The position numbers were made by a program, and so were the translations under genes. The notes beneath the pieces were generated by a model. That model was not told the origin of the DNA and searched no databases. It saw only the letters and a program-made list of their open reading frames with translations. A DNA stretch of 61,435 bases, filler included, from Nemertoderma westbladi (Eukaryota; Animalia; Xenacoelomorpha), in the NCBI GenBank assembly GCA_032718475.1. It is 4 parts of 4 records of this genome, joined end to end, with 100 filler letters (N's around TTAATTAATTAA, not from the genome) between each part and the next. Parts side by side here need not be neighbours in the genome. Positions count along the whole stretch, not along the records: positions 1 to 25,730 come from JAUCBJ010003010.1; 3 more parts are not named here. One strand, 5' to 3'. The first letter of the stretch is position 1; every line of letters begins with the position of its first letter. Shown piece by piece: positions 1 to 11,600 of this stretch.

Positions 1-600
1 TGAAGAAGTCAACAAAGATAACAGCCAGATGCCTGTCTTTCTTTTTTGATAATTCTTCAATTATCCTTCTAAGTGCCAAAATGGGCTCCATGGTCCCACG
101 ACCTTTACGGAACCCATTCTGATTTCCACGGAGCAGTCTCTCAATGGGATCCCTGATGCGATTTAATAGAATCATATTGTATAGCTTTGCAGCAATCGAG
201 ATCATTTGTTTTCATTTCTTGTGGGACTCTTGTTGTTCGGTACATGTCTACTATGATGGGATAGATGAGCTTTAAACACTCAGGTATTTTAAAGACCTCA
301 GGTGGAACACCATCTACTTCACTGGCACGATTGGTCTTAATGCTCTTTGCAGCAGCCTTCACTTCTGCAAGGAGATATCGCCAATGGGAATATCTGGGAG
401 TACAGACTCAGACACTTTTACTTCTATAAAGTTATCAGGCAGTACCCTGTCATTATTGAGGAGCTTTTCAAAGTGGGCTTTCCAACCATTGAGGCGATCG
501 GCTGGTGATTCAGCCTTAACCTTGGTGGTTGGTTGGCTTTTCCACCCAGTAAGCAGCTGTCGTCAGCATCATTGATAGCATCAACCTGTTGGTTTATTAG
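1..600 (-). mobile_element. RTE-type LINE reverse-transcriptase fragment (degenerate)
   Basis: Minus-strand translation gives RASEVDGVPPEVFK and RLLRGNQNGFRKGRGTMEPILALRRIIEE...AVIFVDF (LINE RT domains 0-3). The same family recurs at 25831, 44124 and 55647. Confidence 0.85.
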
Positions 601-1656
601 CTCCTGTAGATTAACAGAGTACTGCCTGTTCAGGGACCTAGATGCAGCCTTATTGAGTTCTTGATTGACTATGCCTCACTGAGACACTGAGGCATGGTAG
701 GGAGTGAGACAGGGGTCAGGAGATAACTGATGAGTGTGAGGCCTATTGTGTCTGGTAATTCTACTGGCCTCTAGTGGCCGGATCTCCGCGCTACTAATGT
801 AATCCATAGTGGGGGGTTGGGGTGCTTTTTTGCCGAGTCAGCTCTCGGGGCAAAAACCAACCCTGGTTTGCCATTGCACAGGGCGGGTGTAGAATTGGAG
901 TCAGATATAGAGTCGAGATATAGATATCACCCATACCTAATCTGATGCACATGACCCACCATTGGCTCTGCAGCTCATCTGCTGGCCCATGCCCTGTTCC
1001 CCTGCTGCCAGGTGCAGGTCGCAGTGAAGTGCACTCAGAGTGGACATGAGAACACTCTACTCCTGACCAGTCATTGGTAGATCACCATCTGCCTGGTCAG
1101 GCCATATACCCCTGCAGCTGAGTATATGGGTCCTTAATTCAGGACCAAGGGCGTCCCTATCCCAGAACAAAGGGGGTCCTAGTTACAGGACCAGATTTGC
1201 CCTTAGTAAGAGCAGTCACAGGTGGCACATCCTTAATATATGCTGCATAGAAGTTTTCTAGATCAATGACCTAGCATACCTGACCTGACCTGATACAAAA
1301 CATACATTGTATGCTGGACAATACCTATATACATTGTAAATAGGAATTGTCCAGCATAACATATAGGACTAACCCTAAATTTTTCAGCTTATTTTCAAGG
1401 TGGTCCTGTGGGTCTACCATTCATGACTACACGAAACACACTACTAGAGGGCTGGAAACTTTCAATGCGAACTTGAAACAGCATAGGAAAATACTAATTA
1501 ATTGAGAGCAGCATGTTATAATGGTAGTGGTGGGGGTTTGTCTAAACAAAACAAAAAAAAACAGGAACAAATTCATTGATTTAATTTTCAAGGGGGTGGG
1601 GGGTGGGTGGGGGGGGCTGAAATGTTGCCATTCTGTCGTTCTAACGTTTTTCGTAT

Positions 1657-1965
1657 CTAACCTCTTTCTCTACTGATCCACCGTTTCTCTCCTGTATCCG
1701 CCTCCTCCCAATCATTCATCTCCGCGAGACAATCCTCCTGATTTATCGTACAAATACCATCCCTGTAGCTGAATCCCCAACAATCCTGATGCATTTTCTC
1801 GCACTCAATGCTGCAGAAGTGGGATGATGACGTTACAACTGATACTCCACCTGTTATCGAGTTTGTACAGAAACTGTTGCTATATAATGATCCAAGTGAT
1901 GAAGTTACCAGATTGGTTATGACATAGAGGATGGCCAGGGTGGCCAACATCGTGGGTAAAATCAT
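1657..1965 (-). CDS. Small putative secreted Cys-rich protein (PAN/Apple-like), 102 aa
   Basis: ATG-initiated ORF with a hydrophobic N-terminus (MLATLAILYVITNLVTSS), then six Cys including C-x3-C-x6-C-W-G-F-S-Y-x4-C, the spacing of PAN/Apple domains. AT-rich flanks. Confidence 0.55.
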   Translation of the reverse strand: MILPTMLATLAILYVITNLVTSSLGSLYSNSFCTNSITGGVSVVTSSSHFCSIECEKMHQDCWGFSYRDGICTINQEDCLAEMNDWEEADTGEKRWISRERG

Positions 1966-2764
1966 TTCTATAAGTAATGAAGACGATTTGATTTTGATAT
2001 ATTAGTATATTGAATAATAGTAATTATGTCAAATAAAATCGTCTCGTACTATATTTTCACAATCTGAGAAATCACGGGAGTGCAATTATGCCTATCTATC
2101 TATCTATATACAAATATATCCATATACAGTATATAAATATTATCTGTCTGTATATGTGTCTGTCCTAGCTAATCCTTTTTGACACCCGACCACCTATCAG
2201 AGCTAATGTTACATTGATCACAAGATCGCATCCTAAGCACGTGAACCGTCGATTTATCATGGCAAATTTTACACTTACAGTACATTGTATGCTGCTTGGG
2301 GAATGCATTATTTGTGGTCAAATTGGGCTATTCTGTAGTCATTTTGGCGAAATTACTGGTCAGCATCAGGCAGGAAACTGTATAGCAGCAATTACACCTT
2401 CAGACCCAGTATTTTCTAAGTGACACTTTGTAGATATGTACCTGATCATAGGCTGCGTGTTTGGGAGGACACCGACCTCAAACGGCTGAAGATAACTTTA
2501 CTTTTTCGTCACTTAAAAGTGAAATTATATCAAATCAAATCAAATACGGTCACGTGTAGAAACTTTTGGAAACAACTATAAACGACATTTAGTAAAAGAA
2601 ACTTAAAAGAAAGTGATGACTATAAATAAAATTGCAGGTAGTTAGTAAATCACTTACTATATCGGAAGTGTGATTGGTTAGAAAACAATTGCCTACTTAA
2701 TTATTAAAAGCATAGAGCAGGTGATTATGTAGCATGTAGGGCCTACATATTATATGCATTGTTG

Positions 2765-3245
2765 TTGGGTAGGAATGGTTCGGCCGCGAAGGGGTGATGG
2801 GTTGGGTAGGAATGGTTCGGCCGCGAAGAGGTGATGGGTTGGGTAGGAATGGTTCGGCCGCGAAGGGGTGGTGGGTTGGGTAGGAATGGTTCGGCCGCGA
2901 AGGGATGTGGTTTGGGTAGGAATGGTTCGGCCGCGAAGGGGTGGTGGGTTGGGTAAGAATGGTTCGGCCGCAAAGGGATGTGTGTTGGGTAGGAATGGTT
3001 CGGCCGCGAAGGGGTGGTGGGTTGGGTAAGAATGGTTCGGCCGCGAAGGGATGTGGGTTGGGTAGGAATGGTTCGGCCGCGTAGGGGTGATGGGTTGGGT
3101 AGGAATGGTTCGGCCGCGAAGGGATGTGGGTTGGGTAGGAATGGTTCGGCCGCGTAGGGGTGATGGGTTGGGTAGGAATGGTTCGGCCGCGAAGGGGTGG
3201 TGGGTTGGGTAAGAATGGTTCGGCCGCGAAGGGAAGTGGGTTTGG
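2765..3245. repeat. 37-bp G-rich satellite, left part (GGGTAGGAATGGTTCGGCCGCGAAGGGGTGATGGGTT; 36-bp variant)
   Basis: Direct tandem units visible; same unit as 8663-15015. Confidence 0.97.
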
Positions 3246-3371
3246 TGTCGTGACCTCATAACAAACTAGATGGCTCGCCCCAATATACTTTATGGACCTA
3301 CCCCAGATCGATTAACCTGTACTTAACACTGCAAGGCCTATCAGTATTCTGTATATAATTGAAACATAATA
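3246..3371 (+). repeat. 5' LTR (126 bp, TG...TA)
   Basis: TGTCGTGACC...GAAACATAATA, repeated at 8537-8662. Confidence 0.95.
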
Positions 3372-3386
3372 TGGCGCAGCGTGCGG
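3372..3386 (+). promoter_or_regulatory. Primer-binding site, probably tRNA-Ser
   Basis: TGGCGCAGCGTGCGG directly after the LTR; complementary to a ...CGCTGCG-CCA tRNA 3' end, as in eukaryotic tRNA-Ser(UGA). Confidence 0.7.
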
Positions 3387-3447
3387 CTGGCCGGTATGGT
3401 CAGTTGAACTAACGTGGGAGTTAATTCACATAAGATTAACAACCGTA

Positions 3448-4662
3448 ATGGCAACGTCGATAGAACCGGAGGACTGGCTGGATCTAAACGCAGCTCAGAT
3501 AGAGCTACTGGAACGCCCCGCGTTAAAACAACATTGCAGCAACGCCGGGGTCCCGTTCGATCCAAAAACGCCATCAGCAACTCTCCGTAAACGACTAATA
3601 AAAGCGGTAAACGAGCAGGAAGATTCGAGCGAGGGGGAAAAACAAACTCCTCCGGACTGGACTCAAATCCTTCAGTACATGGAGCGTCAACGCGCAGCTG
3701 ATCGGGCGGAAGAACAACAGCTCCGCCTTGAGGAGGAACGTCGACGCGAACAACGGGACGAGGAACGGGAGCTTCGATTACTGCAACTCCTGCAACAACC
3801 TGGCGGACAGTCTGCAGGTCGCCGCGAGGATAACGCCCCGCGGAACAACGACGGTACAACCGCGGCCGCTAAACTAACAGCCAGAGCACCGGATAAACTC
3901 GAGGTAGATTATAGCTACCACCGTTTCGTGCGCTGGGAGAGGCAGTGGCTGAACTACGGCCGTATCGTCCACCTGGAACAAAAATCGAGGGAAGACCAGG
4001 TAGCTATATTTTTCAGCAACTGTTCCCCCGAGTTCCTCAACCGGATCCACCACCGACTAGATATTCCCGCAGATACGACAAAAACTCTAACAGAAATCAT
4101 CGATGATATACGGCAATATCTCCGGGCAGAACGCAACATCGTTGTGGATCGGCACCAACTGGTACAACTTAAACAGGAACCAGGTCAGACTTTCGATGAT
4201 TACTATGTCAGACTGCTCGAGTTGGCGCAAGATGCCGACCTAGACACGATGAACCGTGACGACTGGATAAACACCCTCATAGTTCGGGGAATTCAGGACG
4301 ATGAAACAAGGGAGGAAATATTCGCTAAACGTCCTCCACTAACTCGGGAACAAATCCCAGACTTCTGCCGATCGCGCGAAGTTGCCGCTCGCGATAATAA
4401 ACTCATTCGCGAGCAACGCATTAATGCTGTCCAGCATACAACCTCGGCCAATCAGTGGCGAGGTCGGAGTCGCTATAAGAAGAAGAGTAACTACCAGCGC
4501 TCCAAGTCCGCCATATCTACAGACAGGAACCGGGGTACCTCTAACTACAACGTACGGGAAACAATCCACCAAGTGAAACAGCGGGGGGAATGCTTAAACT
4601 GCGGGGGTCAGTACCCCCAAAAATTAAAATTAACGCAACCACCTCCACACCCAAACCTATAG
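3448..4662 (+). CDS. gag: Gag (Gypsy), C-terminal zinc knuckle truncated
   Basis: 404-aa ORF with a major-homology-like QEPGQTFDDYYVRLLELAQD and GIQDDETRE; only half a knuckle (CLNCGG) before the frame ends. Confidence 0.88.
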   Translation: MATSIEPEDWLDLNAAQIELLERPALKQHCSNAGVPFDPKTPSATLRKRLIKAVNEQEDSSEGEKQTPPDWTQILQYMERQRAADRAEEQQLRLEEERRREQRDEERELRLLQLLQQPGGQSAGRREDNAPRNNDGTTAAAKLTARAPDKLEVDYSYHRFVRWERQWLNYGRIVHLEQKSREDQVAIFFSNCSPEFLNRIHHRLDIPADTTKTLTEIIDDIRQYLRAERNIVVDRHQLVQLKQEPGQTFDDYYVRLLELAQDADLDTMNRDDWINTLIVRGIQDDETREEIFAKRPPLTREQIPDFCRSREVAARDNKLIREQRINAVQHTTSANQWRGRSRYKKKSNYQRSKSAISTDRNRGTSNYNVRETIHQVKQRGECLNCGGQYPQKLKLTQPPPHPNL

Positions 4663-7600
4663 AGCACTGTGAGACGACTGAGCCATATACCAACATTGCA
4701 ATAACGGACACTGGTGGCATACAACCGCTCATCAGTGACACACAACCGCACATCAGTGGCGCACCTCTCCTCAACAGCGGCGCCCAAACGCCACTTATTG
4801 CACAACGCGCAACACATGTGGCCACCATGAAACAAGGCATAGAGAATGAGGCGACCAAACTAAAACTCATGGAGGAATTTAAAGATGTCTTTGCCTCCAA
4901 GGGTCACCTCCTAACCATGTCCGGCCCACCAATGAGCATCCAATTAGTGGACGGTGCGCAACCATTCTGCGTAAATGCGGCTCGACCCATACCCTTCCCT
5001 CTCCGTGAGAAAGTGCGCCAGGAACTGGCTCAGATGGAGGAGAAGGGTATCATAGAACGCATCGGGGACCGACCAACCGCCTGGTGCCATCCTATAGTTG
5101 TGTGCAACAAACCCAACCGCCCTGGTGAAATTCGCATGACTGTGGACTTAACAAAACTTAACTCACAGGTCATGCGAACCATACACAACTCTAGGACGCC
5201 ACACGATGTAGTCTCCGACCGGACTAAGGGAACCTGCATATTCACCACGCTAGACGCAAAGTCTGGCTATTGGCAGGTTGCCTTAGACGAAGACTCACGT
5301 GATCTAACGACCTTCATTACGCCGTGGGGCCGTTTTCGTTATTGCCGTGCCCCCATGGGCTTTATATCAGCTGGAGACAGCTATAACTTCAGGGGCGATA
5401 TGGCACTCCAAGGCGTAACCCAGGTCCATAAGATCGTCGATGATATACTCATCGAAGATACCAACATTCGGGAACACATCGAACGGGTCCGCACCATTCT
5501 CGAGAAGTGTCGTGCAGCCGGAATCACACTTCACCCAGAAAAATTTAACTTTGCTAAACCAAGCGTTAAGTTTGCTGGTTTCATTGTCACCGAGAATGGA
5601 ACTGAGGTGGACCCAGGTAAAATTAAAGCAATCGCTGAATATCCTACCCCAAAGAACGTAACGGATCTTCGCAGTTTTATGGGGCTGGTTAATCAATTAG
5701 GACATTTTTCCAGCGATATCAGCACCACAGCGGCACCTCTGCGTGATCTGCTTCGAACAAGGAACGAGTTCCTATGGACTGCGAACCACCAACAAGCGTT
5801 CCAGCGGGTTAAAACCGCCCTCGTTCAACCACCTGTACTCGCTCCGTTCGACTTGAAAGCAGAAACAAGACTCGAAACGGACGCCAGTCGTCTCCATGGC
5901 TTTGGTTTTAACTTACTCCAACGACACGGGGACCACTTCAAACTTATAGCTTGTGGCAGCAGGTTCATCAGCGACCCGGAAACAAGGTATGCCACGATTG
6001 AACTGGAAGCTATTGCTATCCGGTACGCCATTAACAAGTGCCGGATATATCTGTCTGGTCTACCGGAATTCACAGTGGTCACCGACCACCGCCCACTGGT
6101 CACTATATTTAATAAATACAGCGTTGACCAAGTGGACAATGGCAAACTGCAGCGTATAAAAGCGGATCTGCAGAGTTGCTACCAGTTCCGCGTAGAGTGG
6201 CAGAAGGGCAAGGCGTAACCCAGGTCCATAAGATCGTCGATGATATACTCATCGAAGATACCAACATTCGGGAACACATCGAACGGGTCCGCACCATTCT
6301 CGAGAAGTGTCGTGCAGCCGGAATCACACTTCACCCAGAAAAATTTAACTTTGCTAAACCAAGCGTTAAGTTTGCTGGTTTCATTGTCACCGAGAATGGA
6401 ACTGAGGTGGACCCAGGTAAAATTAAAGCAATCGCTGAATATCCTACCCCAAAGAACGTAACGGATCTTCGCAGTTTTATGGGGCTGGTTAATCAATTAG
6501 GACATTTTTCCAGCGATATCAGCACCACAGCGGCACCTCTGCGTGATCTGCTTCGAACAAGGAACGAGTTCCTATGGACTGCGAACCACCAACAAGCGTT
6601 CCAGCGGGTTAAAACCGCCCTCGTTCAACCACCTGTACTCGCTCCGTTCGACTTGAAAGCAGAAACAAGACTCGAAACGGACGCCAGTCGTCTCCATGGC
6701 TTTGGTTTTAACTTACTCCAACGACACGGGGACCACTTCAAACTTATAGCTTGTGGCAGCAGGTTCATCAGCGACCCGGAAACAAGGTATGCCACGATTG
6801 AACTGGAAGCTATTGCTATCCGGTACGCCATTAACAAGTGCCGGATATATCTGTCTGGTCTACCGGAATTCACAGTGGTCACCGACCACCGCCCACTGGT
6901 CACTATATTTAATAAATACAGCGTTGACCAAGTGGACAATGGCAAACTGCAGCGTATAAAAGCGGATCTGCAGAGTTGCTACCAGTTCCGCGTAGAGTGG
7001 CAGAAGGGCAAGGCCCATCGAATAGCTGATGGCCTGAGTCGTGCCCCCGTCGACAAACCGACGATCGATGATAGTCAACCCGAGGAAGAACCTATAAATA
7101 TCGCAACAATCTGCGCAAACTTACCTCACACTACGACATCGATCAAGGATCCCATGTTGACCGAATTACATAACGCAGCATTGGGCGATATTGACTATAT
7201 TGAACTCATCCGGCAAATCCGGGATGACTTCCGGAATATAAACTCAGCCTCGCCGTATATTCGTCAATTTAAATCAATATCGGACAGTCTCGCAATCTCA
7301 CCCGATAATCTGATAGTTTACGGGAACAGACTGGTTATCCCACAAACCTACCAGCATCAGGTTCTAGAACGACTACATGCCTCCCACCAAGGCATAACCA
7401 GAACCAAACAAAGGGCGCGGCAAACGGTTTACTGGCCAGGTATTGGTGGTGATATCGAGCGTACTATCCGACAGTGTACCAAGTGCCAGGAAATCCGGCC
7501 GAGTCTCCAGAAGGAGACTATGCTATCAGAGGACATTCCAGGACGTCCATTTGTATCTGCCTCCGCCGATCTATTCTCCATAGGGGGGAAACACTATCTA

Positions 7601-8491
7601 GTGTATTCCGACCGACTGTCGGGATATCCCGAAGTCCATGAATGGAAACACGACCCAACATCACGGGATGTTGTATTCGCAATTCGTAGATGGTTCGTTA
7701 ACCTCGGTGTACCGACAACACTACGCACCGATGGTGGACCACAGTTCGACTCTGCGCACTTCAGGGACTTTTGTAAACGATGGGGGGTCAACTGGACTCC
7801 CAGTAGCCCACACTACCCGCAGTCCAATGGCCACGCCGAGTCAGCGGTGAAGGCTGTAAAACACCTGCTATTAAAGGTACCGAGGAACGACTCCAACTCC
7901 GACGAATTCCTCACTGGACTTTTGGAGTTGAGGAACACTCCACGCGCTGATGGGCTGTCTCCTAATGAGACTGTCTTCGGGCACATACTACGGTCGAAGG
8001 TTCCTGCCCATCACAGCGCCTACGCACAACATTGGCGGGAAACGGCGGATGAAACAGACAACCGTGCGGCCGAACTCCGGAACCGAAACATTGCTCACTA
8101 TAACGAGACTTCGCGGGACCACAAACCACTCAGGATCGGGATGGACGTCCGCATCCAGAGTACGGACCGACCGAAACGTTGGACTAAAACTGGAACGATC
8201 GTCAGTATCGGAAAAAACCGGGATTACCACGTGAAGCTGCCATCTGGCAGAACATGGTGGAGAAACCGTCGATTCCTACGTCCTTTATATCCGGAAGTTG
8301 AACCAATAACACCCGAACCAGCGAATGAACTGTCAAACAACGTTGGATCGCAAAAAAGTGCCATTTACCAGCCAAGTGACAACGAGTCCGAAACTGAAAG
8401 TAATTGGCAAGTTGTTGAACCACGCCGCAGTACACGCCACAAAAAGCCCGTGGTCCGGTTTGGGGATACGACCGTAAAACTATTCTCTTAA
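4590..8491 (+). pseudogene. pol: Pol (RT-RNase H-integrase), split by an 800-bp duplication; protease not found
   Basis: RT (LDAKSGYWQV, APMG, IVDD), RNase H (ETDAS, ELEA, TDHRPL), integrase HHCC and D,D,E (SADLF, TDGGPQF, SNGHAE). ORFs 4590-6218 and 6176-8491. Confidence 0.93.
5409..7014 (+). repeat. Exact 800-bp tandem duplication within pol
   Basis: 5409-6208 repeats at 6209-7008; CAAGGC microhomology at 5409, 6209 and 7009. Confidence 0.97.
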
Positions 8492-8522
8492 CTCTTAAGA
8501 CCATTGTAGAACTAATGATCTC

Positions 8523-8536
8523 GGAGGAAAGGGGGG
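8523..8536 (+). promoter_or_regulatory. Polypurine tract
   Basis: GGAGGAAAGGGGGG immediately before the 3' LTR. Confidence 0.9.
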
Positions 8537-8662
8537 TGTCGTGACCTCATAACAAACTAGATGGCTCGCCCCAATATACTTTATGGACCTACCCCAGATC
8601 GATTAACCTGTACTTAACACTGCAAGGCCTATCAGTATTCTGTATATAATTGAAACATAATA
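8537..8662 (+). repeat. 3' LTR (126 bp)
   Basis: Identical by eye to 3246-3371. Confidence 0.95.
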
Positions 8663-11600
8663 TTTGGTAGGAATGGTTCGTTCGGCCGCGTAGGGGTGAT
8701 GGGTTGGGTAGGAATGGTTCGGCCGCGAAGGGGTGATGGGTTGGGTAGGAATGGTTCGGCCGGGTAGGGGTGATGGGTTGGGTAGGAATGGTTCGGCCGC
8801 GAAGGGGTGGTGGGTTGGGTAAGAATGGTTTGGCCGCGAAGAGATGTGGGTTGGGTAGGAATGGTTCAGCCGCGTAGGGGTGATGGGTTGGGTAGGAAGG
8901 TTCGGCCGCGAAGGGGTGATGGGTTGGGTAGGAATGGTTCGGCCGCGTAGGGGTGATGGATTGGGTAGGAATGGTTCGGCCGCGTAGGGGTGATTTGTTG
9001 GGTAGGAATGGTTCGGCCGCGAAGGGGTGATGGGTTGGGTAGGAATGGTTCGGCCGCGAAGAGGTGGTGGGTTGGGTAAGAATGGTTCGGCCGCGAAGGG
9101 ATGTTGGTTGGGTAGGAATGGTTCGGCCGCGTAGGATTGATGGGTTGGATAGGAATGGTTCTGCAGCGAAGGGGTGGTGGGTTGGGTAGGAATGGTTCGG
9201 CCGCGTAGGGGTGATGGGTTGGGTAGGAATGGTTCGGCCGCGAAGGGGTGATGGGTTGGGTAGGAATGGTTCGGCCGCGTAGGGGTAATAGGTTGGGTAG
9301 GAATGGTTCGGCCGCGAAGGGGTGGTGGGTTGGGTAGGAATGGTTCGGCCGAGAAGGGGTGATGGGTTGGGTAGGAATGGTTCGGCAGCGAAGGGGTGGT
9401 GGGTTGGGTAGGAATGGTTCGGCCGCGAAGGGGTGATGGGTTGGGTAGGAATGGTTCGGCCGCGAAGGGGTGGTGGTTTGGTTAGAATGGTTTGGCCGCG
9501 AAGGGATGTGGGTTGGGTAGGAATGGTTCGGCCGCGTAGGGGTGATGGGTTGGGTAGGAATGGTTCGGCCGCGAAGGGGTGATGGGTTGAGTAGGGATGG
9601 TTCGACCGCGAAGGGGTGATGGGTTGGGTAGGAATGGTTCGGCCGCGAAGGGGTGGTGGGTTGGGTAAGAATGGTTTGGCGCGAAGGGATGTGGGTTGGG
9701 TAGGAATGGTTCGGCCGCGTAGGGGTGATGGGTTGGGTAGGAATGGTTCGGCCGCGAAGGGGTTGTAGGTTGGGTAGGAATGATTCGGCCGCGAAGAGGT
9801 GATGGTCTGGGCAGGAATGGTTCGGCCGCGAAGAGGTGATGGGTTGGGTAGGAATGGTTCGGCCGCGTAGGGGTGATGGGTTGGGTAGGAATGGTTCGGC
9901 CGCGAAGGGGTGATGGGTTGGGTAGGAATGGTTCGGCCGCGAAGAGGTGATGGGTTGGGTAGGAATGGTTCGGCCGTGAAGAGGTGATGGGTTGGGTAGG
10001 AATGGTTCGGCCGCGAAGGGGTGATGGGTTGGGTAGGAATGGTTCGGCCGCGTAGGGGTGATGGTTTGGGTAGGAATGGTTCGGCCGCGAAGGGGTGATA
10101 GGTTGGGTAGGAATGGTTCGGCCGCGAAGAGGTGGTGGGTTGGGTAAGAATGGTTCGGCCGCGAAGGGATGTGGGTTGGGTAGGAATGGTTCGGCCGCGT
10201 AGGGGTGATGGGTTGGGTAGGAATGGTTCGGCCGCGAAGGGGTGATGGGTTGAGTAGGGATGGTTCGGCCGTGAAGGGGTGATGGGTTGGGTAGGAATGG
10301 TTCGGCCGCGAAGGGGTGGTGGGTTGGGTAAGAATGGTTTGGCGCGAAGGGATGTGGGTTGGGTAGGAATGGTTCGGCCGCGAAGGGGTTGTAGGTTGGG
10401 TAGGAATGATTCGGCCGCGAAGAGGTGATGGTCTGGGCAGGAATGGTTCGGCCGCGAAGAGGTGATGGGTTGGGTAGGAATGGTTCGGCCTCGTAGGGGT
10501 GATGGGTTGGGTAGGAATGGTTCGGCCGGGTAGGGGTGATGGGTTGGGTAGGAATGGTTCGGCCGCGAAGGGGTGGTGGGTTGGGTAAGAATGGTTTGGC
10601 CGCGAAGAGATGTGGGTTGGGTAGGAATGGTTCGGCCGCGAAGGGGTGATAGGTTGGGTAGGAATGGTTCGGCCGCGAAGAGGTGGTGGGTTGGGTAAGA
10701 ATGGTTCGGCCGCGAAGGGATGTGGGTTGGGTAGGAATGGTTCGGCCGCGTAGGGGTGATGGGTTGGGTAGGAATGGTTCGGCCGCGAAGGGGTGATGGG
10801 TTGAGTAGGGATGGTTCGGCCGTGAAGGGGTGATGGGTTGGGTAGGAATGGTTCGGCCGCGAAGGGGTGGTGGGTTGGGTAAGAATGGTTTGGCGCGAAG
10901 GGATGTGGGTTGGGTAGGAATGGTTCGGCCGCGTAGGGGTGATGGGTTGGGTAGGAATGGTTCGGCCGCGAAGGGGTTGTAGGTTGGGTAGGAATGATTC
11001 GGCCGCGAAGAGGTGATGGTCTGGGCAGGAATGGTTCGGCCGCGAAGAGGTGATGGGTTGGGTAGGAATGGTTCGGCCTCGTAGGGGTGATGGGTTGGGT
11101 AGGAATGGTTCAGCCGCGAAGGGGTGATGGGTTGGGTAGGAATGGTTCGGCCGCGAAGGGGTGGTGGTTTGGGTAGGAATGGTTCGGCCGTGAAGAGGTG
11201 ATGGGTTGGGTAGGAATGGTTCGGCCGCGAAGGGGTGATGGGTTGGGTAGGAATGGTTCGGCCGCGTAGGGGTGATGGGTTGGGTAGGAATGGTTCGGCC
11301 GCGAAGGGGTGATAGGTTGGGTAGGAATGGTTCGGCCGCGAAGAGGTGGTGGGTTGGGTAAGAATGGTTCGGCCGCGAAGGGATGTGGGTTGGGTAGCAA
11401 TGGTTCGGCCCCGTAGGGGTGATGGGTTGGATAGGAATGTTTCGGCCGCGAAGGGGTGGTGGGTTGGGTAGGAATGGTTCGGCCGCGTAGGGGTGATGGG
11501 TTGGGTAGGACTGGTTCGGCCGCGAAGGGGTGGTGTGTTGCGTAAGAATGGTTCGGCCTCGAAGGGATGTGGGTTGGGTAGGAATGGTTCGGCCGCGAAG

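Larger units (their letters stand above)
3246..8662 (+). mobile_element. Ty3/Gypsy LTR retrotransposon, Mag-like, both LTRs present but defective
   Basis: Two apparently identical 126-bp LTRs, 5-bp TSD TTTGG (3241-3245 and 8663-8667), PBS, polypurine tract, gag, and RT-RNaseH-integrase order. Short LTRs, 5-bp TSD and the IVDD RT motif fit the Mag clade. Confidence 0.95.

Noticed and set aside
4700-4725. ITDTGG as the Gypsy protease active site
   Set aside because: No surrounding retropepsin pattern or downstream LLG motif, and too little room before RT.
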